Shown here piece after piece: positions 58,100-64,000 of a stretch of DNA of 64,000 nucleotides. Position 1 is the stretch's first letter. Each line of letters starts with the position of its first letter. The position numbers and the translations under genes were made by a program. Where the stretch lies: IMG/VR virus record IMGVR_UViG_3300050581_000229; one strand, given 5' to 3'. This stretch comes from an uncultured virus (IMG/VR IMGVR_UViG_3300050581_000229). Its lineage: Duplodnaviria > Heunggongvirae > Uroviricota > Caudoviricetes. The notes under the pieces are model-generated. The model saw only the letters and a list, made by a program, of their open reading frames with translations. It was not told the origin of the DNA and searched no databases.

Positions 58100-59159
58100 C
58101 ATGAGTTTTGAACAAACGCCGCTCTTCCAGTTGAACCTCATGATCTTCTTATCATGGCCCTCACCAAGTGTTGTTGTAGACCCATTATTCTATAAGGAGG
58201 GCTACGAACTCTACAAGATAGGACCTCGGATTCCTACCGCACTAGAGGCCCAAGCGCGTGCAAATAGCAGTGTTCCTCCCATCCCTTTTACCCCAAGGCC
58301 ATCGCCCGACATCGTTCTGCGGCATACTGAGAAGAAAACTATCTTAATAATAGAGTGTAAGAAGCAGAGTTTTGGGCCTGATAGCAAGCAAGCGAGCCAA
58401 GCAGCTTCGCTATTATCATGCGTCGGGCAGCATGTCGCGAGCGTGTTCGGCTTACCCTCAGAGGAATGCTGGTCCTCGTTCCTTTGTTATGCGATGGGGG
58501 ATAGTAACATTTCCGCAATGCAGGATACTATCAATGCCCTCGCTACCAAGCTAGAGGACACCTCCATACCTGTAACCGATTCAGGATGTATAAGCATCAC
58601 GGTATTACAGGATGGGGTATACATGGCAATGGAGCCGCGATCCAGGATTCCATTATCGGGCCTACAAGATGCGACACAACCTGGCATAAAGGTCATGCCC
58701 CTTGCCGATGGTGATGATCCCCGGCCTCTCTACCTGATACCAATTGATCCCAGCATTACGGTTAATGACGATTACGAAAAGTCGATGCTCTCGGAAAGGG
58801 TTCGGATGGCACTGGCGTCGTTGCTTGGTAGCCAGTTGGATCAAGGCGAGTTCGCGTTTGAACTTGATGATGTCATGCGTAGTGCTATAGAGGTATGGGA
58901 CATGTGGGCAGATTATGATTGTCGTAAGTATGTAAAAAATGCTGTGCGCTCATACTTGCGGCTGATATTTCGCGAAGTGAACAAGGTCGGTCTACAAGTT
59001 ACTGTGGACCAAGACCGCCTGATGTTCCATCATGTAACGCCAAGTGTAGCTGCCGATACTCGACGCTACTTGAGTAGTGCAGCCTTTCGGAAGGGGCAAA
59101 TTGATCTTTGGAGTTCATCTGTACAGCCAGATTTCAGCAACCTCGCGCATGGCTGGTAG
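58092..59159 (+). CDS. Putative PD-(D/E)xK nuclease-domain protein
   Basis: PDIVL.....LIIECK...F...S.Q..QA. Confidence 0.65.
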   Translation: MVDMSFEQTPLFQLNLMIFLSWPSPSVVVDPLFYKEGYELYKIGPRIPTALEAQARANSSVPPIPFTPRPSPDIVLRHTEKKTILIIECKKQSFGPDSKQASQAASLLSCVGQHVASVFGLPSEECWSSFLCYAMGDSNISAMQDTINALATKLEDTSIPVTDSGCISITVLQDGVYMAMEPRSRIPLSGLQDATQPGIKVMPLADGDDPRPLYLIPIDPSITVNDDYEKSMLSERVRMALASLLGSQLDQGEFAFELDDVMRSAIEVWDMWADYDCRKYVKNAVRSYLRLIFREVNKVGLQVTVDQDRLMFHHVTPSVAADTRRYLSSAAFRKGQIDLWSSSVQPDFSNLAHGW

Positions 59160-59221
59160 CCAGTATCTCGATTTGCCGTCTATCGACAGATTGAACACAC
59201 TTGTCACAGCAAATTTCGTAA

Positions 59222-59623
59222 TCAGGCACTAACTGTGGAGTCGCTCTTCCACGTTCCCTCGCTTGTAAGCCACGCCGCCACCATCCCGCAGTTCGTTCTT
59301 TTCGCTTCCCCATCATTGGCAGCCTCGATGTACTCGTACCGCTTCTCCGGCAGGAAGTTCACCTGTGCGGGCTTCCCTTTCCGCTTCACGATCATCCCCA
59401 CTTCCTGCATGGCGTCCGTGATCTTCTCCCACATCCCCTTTGTCACAGTAACGCCCTTCAACACCAAGCGCGGCGATTTCACCATCGCCGTATACGCAAA
59501 TTGATCCCACCAGCCATAGCCTATAAACGCAGAGACGAACTGAAGCTCGTTAGGGATTACGCTGCCGTCTGGGTTCTTGAGCGTGAGGTCAACTTCTTTC
59601 CCATTTCCCCGAAATCGAATCAT
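59222..59623 (-). CDS. Hypothetical protein
   Basis: Coupled ORF ending the leftward operon. Confidence 0.55.
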   Translation of the reverse strand: MIRFRGNGKEVDLTLKNPDGSVIPNELQFVSAFIGYGWWDQFAYTAMVKSPRLVLKGVTVTKGMWEKITDAMQEVGMIVKRKGKPAQVNFLPEKRYEYIEAANDGEAKRTNCGMVAAWLTSEGTWKSDSTVSA

Positions 59624-59928
59624 AGAGTAATGTCTATTTGGTTTCCTGTCCGCGAACAGTGGTATCCGGCAGACTCGAACATCTCCATCACAGTATCCGC
59701 GTCGTCCGATGTATCGAAGTTTCCACGGATTCCGACAAGGCGATATTCTTCCAAGTTCACGCCGTCGCTTTGAGGATAGAGAGCGTGGAACATATCTTCG
59801 ATCTTGCCTCTCATTTCCTCAAAGTTCGTAGCTGTAATCAACACCTCGGATTCATACAAATCCGAGACTTTTCCCCAACCACCATTTCGATACGGCACAA
59901 AGATTAGCACGAAGTAAATGTATTTCAT
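59620..59928 (-). CDS. Hypothetical protein
   Basis: ATGA-coupled ORF. Confidence 0.55.
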   Translation of the reverse strand: MKYIYFVLIFVPYRNGGWGKVSDLYESEVLITATNFEEMRGKIEDMFHALYPQSDGVNLEEYRLVGIRGNFDTSDDADTVMEMFESAGYHCSRTGNQIDITL

Positions 59929-59960
59929 GGTGAACCCGAGGTTATTGTAGCAATCAGATG

Positions 59961-60548
59961 CTATTTACGCGATTGGCTGGGCAGTGGTCCGCGCTGCTGA
60001 ATCGGCGGGGGCGGTGGCACCTTCTGCGCTGGCTTAACGGTGTACTTCGCGTCGTAGTAGACCTTCCAATCGTGCGTCACGAATTGCCACGACAGCATGA
60101 AGAACCATTCCGAGAAGCACAGCAGGAAAGCGAGCACGATGACGGCAATCGCGGTGATCGTCGTCACACTTCCCGCCTCATACGCCTTCGCCTGCAACAC
60201 GGCCAGGTTTGAGATGAAGTCATAGCTGTACATGCCCAACAGCAACGCATACATGAAGATCGTCACGACCGTGGACTGCTCTCTCCGCCAATCCTCCGTC
60301 ATGAGCGCCCGCGAGATGAGCAATTCTCCCGCGCTATTGAAGAACACGGTAAACAGAATCGCCAATCCCCGGCCAGTGATAGGTTCGATGAACCTCTCTG
60401 AGATCAGCAGGTTGCCGACGATCATCCCGCCGCTGACCAGCACCGCCACCGCCGAGAACATCAGGTTCGAGCTTTGCTGGCCTTCCGAAATCTTGCCCTT
60501 ATCAACCTTCCCGGTCACGCCGGAAATATCAAAGAACTTGCTACTCAT
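59961..60548 (-). CDS. Four-TM membrane protein with Pro-rich tail
   Basis: Four hydrophobic segments. Confidence 0.7.
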   Translation of the reverse strand: MSSKFFDISGVTGKVDKGKISEGQQSSNLMFSAVAVLVSGGMIVGNLLISERFIEPITGRGLAILFTVFFNSAGELLISRALMTEDWRREQSTVVTIFMYALLLGMYSYDFISNLAVLQAKAYEAGSVTTITAIAVIVLAFLLCFSEWFFMLSWQFVTHDWKVYYDAKYTVKPAQKVPPPPPIQQRGPLPSQSRK

Positions 60549-61029
60549 TGAACTTCAGACTTGTATTCCGCTTGAACGCTTCGCCGCATTCGCTGGACCA
60601 AATACGCTGCGGCATCACCCACAGACCTAACGGCGCGTAGGACACCGGATCACTTGGGCCTTTCCCCGTTACCTTGTCGATCCCGAACCACTTCACGACC
60701 TCCGGGTCGAGCAGCACCATGCTATCGTCCGCCAAGAAGACGGATTGGACGACCTCACCTAATGCGTGGTCAAAAACGCAGATTGGCGCACGCTCGAAGG
60801 TCTTCTGCGAGCCCGATTTCACAATCCGATCAGCCTCGTTCTCCGGCTTGGTATAGACACGAATGTCTGAGCCAAGGAACTCACACGCCAATTCTTCGTC
60901 TTTGAAGGAGGCCACATTTGCGACGTGTTCCTTCTTGATAAGCCATATACGATCCGATACCCACGAATCGCCCAGCAGGCACGTTCCGTGCTCAAACATC
61001 TCACGAGTTAGATAAACTTTGTCACCCAT
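60541..61029 (-). CDS. Hypothetical protein (possibly sliding-clamp-like C-terminus)
   Basis: Ends G..DPV......WVMP.R, reminiscent of beta-clamp domain termini. Confidence 0.55.
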   Translation of the reverse strand: MGDKVYLTREMFEHGTCLLGDSWVSDRIWLIKKEHVANVASFKDEELACEFLGSDIRVYTKPENEADRIVKSGSQKTFERAPICVFDHALGEVVQSVFLADDSMVLLDPEVVKWFGIDKVTGKGPSDPVSYAPLGLWVMPQRIWSSECGEAFKRNTSLKFNE

Positions 61030-61074
61030 GTGAACCTGAACCGCGAGGGGCCTTTCGTGGCCCCTCGCTACAAC

Positions 61075-61683
61075 CTACAGCCCCAATTCCTTCGCGATCT
61101 CAGTCAGCCCCTTATGAGCCTTCACGAGCATATCGACCCGCTTCAGGTCTTCGGTGCGCTTCTGCGTTGCCAGGTAGGTCTTCAATTCCCCGATGTTGGC
61201 GAAGATATGGGTGCCACCTTTCGACTCGACACGTGTATCTTCATCGCTATCGTCTTCAGGATCATCGCCCATCGCGATACCGAACACGCCCATCAGCGCG
61301 TATTTCTTCGCGCCGGTCTGAGCCTTGTACGGAGCCTTGTCGCCTGAGTCAACGCCTTCACCCGCGAACTCGCCTGGCACTTGCCACACGTCGCCCGTTT
61401 CGCTATCAACCAGGATGACGTTTGCGAGTAGCCGCCAATAAGAGTCCCAACCCTTATTGCCATTCGCGCGCTCTTTCTCAACGATCTCCCAGGTGGGATT
61501 CCCGTTGCTCACGATGACGCTCAGGCCGACTTCCTGGCACGCCCTTTTGACTGCCGAGATCAAATCCTCCGCCCTGGTATAGCTATATTTCTGTGAAATA
61601 TTCACACCAGTCTTCTCAACCCAAACCAACTTTCCCTGGGCTGCAAACAACTTCTTCGCAATAGATTCTGGAATTTTCTCCAT
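61075..61683 (-). CDS. erf: ERF-family single-strand annealing protein
   Basis: K.G.N....YSY..AED; GEG.DSGDKAPYKAQTGAKKYAL...F.I...DDPE. Confidence 0.92.
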   Translation of the reverse strand: MEKIPESIAKKLFAAQGKLVWVEKTGVNISQKYSYTRAEDLISAVKRACQEVGLSVIVSNGNPTWEIVEKERANGNKGWDSYWRLLANVILVDSETGDVWQVPGEFAGEGVDSGDKAPYKAQTGAKKYALMGVFGIAMGDDPEDDSDEDTRVESKGGTHIFANIGELKTYLATQKRTEDLKRVDMLVKAHKGLTEIAKELGL

Positions 61684-61710
61684 AGTTAGCCTCGATAAAA
61701 GCGGTAGATG

Positions 61711-62058
61711 CTACCCTGTCACCAAACATCCCCTCACTGTCTTCTTCAACTTCATGGGTAAAGCCCGTAACCAGGCATCAATCACTTCTTCCCCATAGGA
61801 ATTGATGAGATGGCGCATGTTGGCGCGGTTCATCTCCGCCGTCATGTTCTCGTTCTGCCAATCCGTGACAACCACCAGGTTCATTGGGCACGTCAAGATG
61901 GCCTGTCTCGCGGGAGAACTTACCGGCACATCACTGCGCTGGACAAAGACCTCGTGAAGAGCACCGCCGCAGTTTGGAAGAGAGGTTCCATCAATGGGAC
62001 TCTTGCATCCCTGGCGAAGCCATACTTGCCACTTCACCGCGAGACGTTCTGCATCCAT
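61711..62058 (-). CDS. Degenerate HNH-like protein
   Basis: G....ALHE...RS......N.V.V pattern without Zn cysteines. Confidence 0.5.
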   Translation of the reverse strand: MDAERLAVKWQVWLRQGCKSPIDGTSLPNCGGALHEVFVQRSDVPVSSPARQAILTCPMNLVVVTDWQNENMTAEMNRANMRHLINSYGEEVIDAWLRALPMKLKKTVRGCLVTG

Positions 62059-62295
62059 TGGCTTTCACCTTCTGAGAATCGATCCGTTTGTTGCACTCCG
62101 CCCGCAAAACGCTTCCCGCCCTCCGAACCATGAATTCGATTGCGTACAACTCATCCTGATCTAGTTCCTTAAAGCTGCGAATCTTCCGGCCAATCAGGTC
62201 ACTCGCGATCTCGTATCGAAATCGGCGTCCTATCGTGTGATCCCACAGCCGCGCCAGTTCAATCGCGTTCCGCTGCGACCAACCACCTACCTGGA

Positions 62296-62706
62296 TCAGG
62301 CTTCGGCAGGCTCGACAGCTTTTCGCAAATGGCTCCGCAGGTATTTGTTCTTCTTGCGCCCATATCGCGGGTTCTCGCGCATCTTGCGCACCGTTACGGC
62401 TTCCAATATCCGATACACCCCATCCCAATTGATAAACGTACATATCTCCCCATCCTGAACAACGACAGGCACCTGGCGGCTCTGGACCGTCACGAGGTAG
62501 ATTTCCTTCCCGTTCTCCCCATCCGCCGCTTTCCGGGCAATCCCCTGTTTGATCTGGGAGAGAATGTCGTACCAAATCTCCCAGGTCAGTTCGATGCCAT
62601 ATCGTTCTTCTGCTCGCCTTTTACAATGAATAAACCGCGAAATCAGGCGATCCTGCGCAGTGTCCCATCTGGCATCGTCGTTGGGATCGCTTGAATCATG
62701 ATCCAT
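62296..62706 (-). CDS. Hypothetical protein
   Basis: HCKRRAEERYGI. Confidence 0.6.
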   Translation of the reverse strand: MDHDSSDPNDDARWDTAQDRLISRFIHCKRRAEERYGIELTWEIWYDILSQIKQGIARKAADGENGKEIYLVTVQSRQVPVVVQDGEICTFINWDGVYRILEAVTVRKMRENPRYGRKKNKYLRSHLRKAVEPAEA

Positions 62707-63240
62707 AGCGCTAACTCCGTTGGCTCCCCCTCGCTATCCAGGAACCCGCGCCTGGCGAGTTCCTGGATACGCCTGCTCATGCCTTCAACCGTATCAACAT
62801 CTTCCGCGCCTAACACACCAGCCTCACACACGCACATGAGCGTATACATGTTGTCCGGGTCGTGAATCCATTCCCAGTTCGTCACTCGATGGAGACCTCG
62901 ATCCCGCTGATCGCTGCCCCGCCAACCAACAACGCCCTGGCGAACACGTCGAAGTCCCCCGAATCACACACCCCACGCGCTGCTTCCGCGTCGTTGATGT
63001 AGACGGTGAAATAGGTCGCTTCGCCGAGACTATCGCTGTGCGTTGCTGACTTCACTCTGATAAGCGTTGAGTCGTTGTTCATACTCCCATTGCACCTCTT
63101 GCGCGTGATGCCGCGCTCTCTCTATCCTGGCGAACATTTCCTTTGTCGCCTGGCCGCGCTTGCTAGCGTGGGTCACGAAACTTGAGATGTGGTCATATTC
63201 ATCCCACGCCGCTTGCGCTTTACCATATAGTTCATATAGC

Positions 63241-63987
63241 TCAGTCATGTCTACTCCCAACCGCCGACTGGATTGTTTTGCGTATCTCACGCTCACCCAA
63301 TCCAATCCCCAAAGCGGTAGGGGCCAACATCCTCTCAATCTCCATTCCCGACTTACCGTTTTCCGCTAATCGGCACGCGGCCCAGTAGAGGCTCGCGTTC
63401 CGACACCCTGGCTGTGCCGTCGCCAACCAGCGCGTGATGGCATCCGGTGAACCATCACCTATGACCGGCTTCGTGGCCTTACGCGGTTTCTCTTCTTTGT
63501 CGAGCATGTAAGCCAGAAGGCTTGGGAATGGCGCTACCGGCTGGTTTGCTTTCTGCCAGCGATAGGCGTTCCCGGATGGGTGAATACTCGGCGGAAGGAT
63601 GATGTAACCACCCGCGCCGCGAATATCGACGCCCTTCGCCAACTTCGACGCGGAGTTGTGGATTTCGAGATAAGTCGAATAGATCAGGTGGAATCCGCCG
63701 CCGCCAGTGACAGATGTGGCGGTTTCGGGAATGACTTCGTGGTATTGCCTGTATAGCGTCTTCCAAGCTTCCAGCCCTTCCGCGTCGATGTCCACGACTA
63801 CTAACCCGGATGGGCCGCAAGCCAACCCAATGTTCGCCTGCGGCCACTTGCCCCACCATCCCCTGATTACCGCCTCGTCACAGGAAGCGTCTTTCACGCC
63901 GTGCTCGGTGATGGGCGTCTTGCCTCGCGGCTTGATCGGGAATACCCACCATCCGCGATCTGCATATTGCACTGCCGCTTCGAGCAT
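63241..63987 (-). CDS. Bifunctional DNA primase/polymerase (Prim-Pol plus PriCT-like domain)
   Basis: GW.VFP....K.P...G.KDA, NIGLACG, VVVDID, TGGGGFHL, GVDIRG.GGYI..PPS.H, G.RN. Confidence 0.93.
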   Translation of the reverse strand: MLEAAVQYADRGWWVFPIKPRGKTPITEHGVKDASCDEAVIRGWWGKWPQANIGLACGPSGLVVVDIDAEGLEAWKTLYRQYHEVIPETATSVTGGGGFHLIYSTYLEIHNSASKLAKGVDIRGAGGYIILPPSIHPSGNAYRWQKANQPVAPFPSLLAYMLDKEEKPRKATKPVIGDGSPDAITRWLATAQPGCRNASLYWAACRLAENGKSGMEIERMLAPTALGIGLGEREIRKTIQSAVGSRHD

Positions 63988-64000
63988 GGCTACACGCTGA

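Larger units (their letters stand above)
1030..64000. mobile_element. Large tailed (siphovirus-like) prophage region, right end outside the window
   Basis: Terminase-portal-scaffold-capsid-tail-TMP-holin module, ERF, SSB, primase-polymerase and dense small ORFs next to host-like NUDIX/tRNA DNA; left boundary approximate; no integrase seen. Confidence 0.85.

Overview
This window holds about 1 kb of host-like DNA (REP-like palindrome, NUDIX hydrolase, tRNA-Asn and its promoter) followed by a large tailed prophage-like element that runs from about 1030 past the right edge. No integrase or att pair is visible. A Chloroflexota/Anaerolineae host is inferred only from the style of the SSB sequence. 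Layout: (i) 1-18.5 kb, mostly minus strand: small genes, four non-canonical tRNA-like RNAs, an Rnl2-type RNA ligase, SSB, HNH proteins, SLOG and macrodomain proteins, and an 866-aa YonO/QDE-1-like two-barrel RNA polymerase (DFDGD). (ii) 18.7-51.3 kb, plus strand: cell-wall enzymes, terminase, portal, scaffold, capsid, neck, glycosyltransferase, tail tube, chaperones, a 2694-aa tape measure protein, tail tip, fibre and holin. (iii) 51.4-59.2 kb: an AT-richer accessory block with a type II R-M pair and an uncharacterised nuclease-containing pair. (iv) 59.2-64 kb: replication/recombination genes (ERF, primase-polymerase). Main finding: the N-terminal ~1300 aa of the tape measure protein carry ordered motifs of a two-barrel RNA polymerase (R829...DEDVD 864-868). 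This suggests a virion-injected RNAP fused to the tape measure plus a free RNAP, an architecture I know from lytic Thermus phage P23-45, here in an apparently integrated element. Other signals: a 14-bp palindrome GTTGGGnnCCCAAC in 13 copies, the expanded-arm tRNA-like cluster, two recurring promoter-like motifs, and a probable -2 frameshift in the tail chaperone. All calls come from reading motifs by eye; no database search was run.
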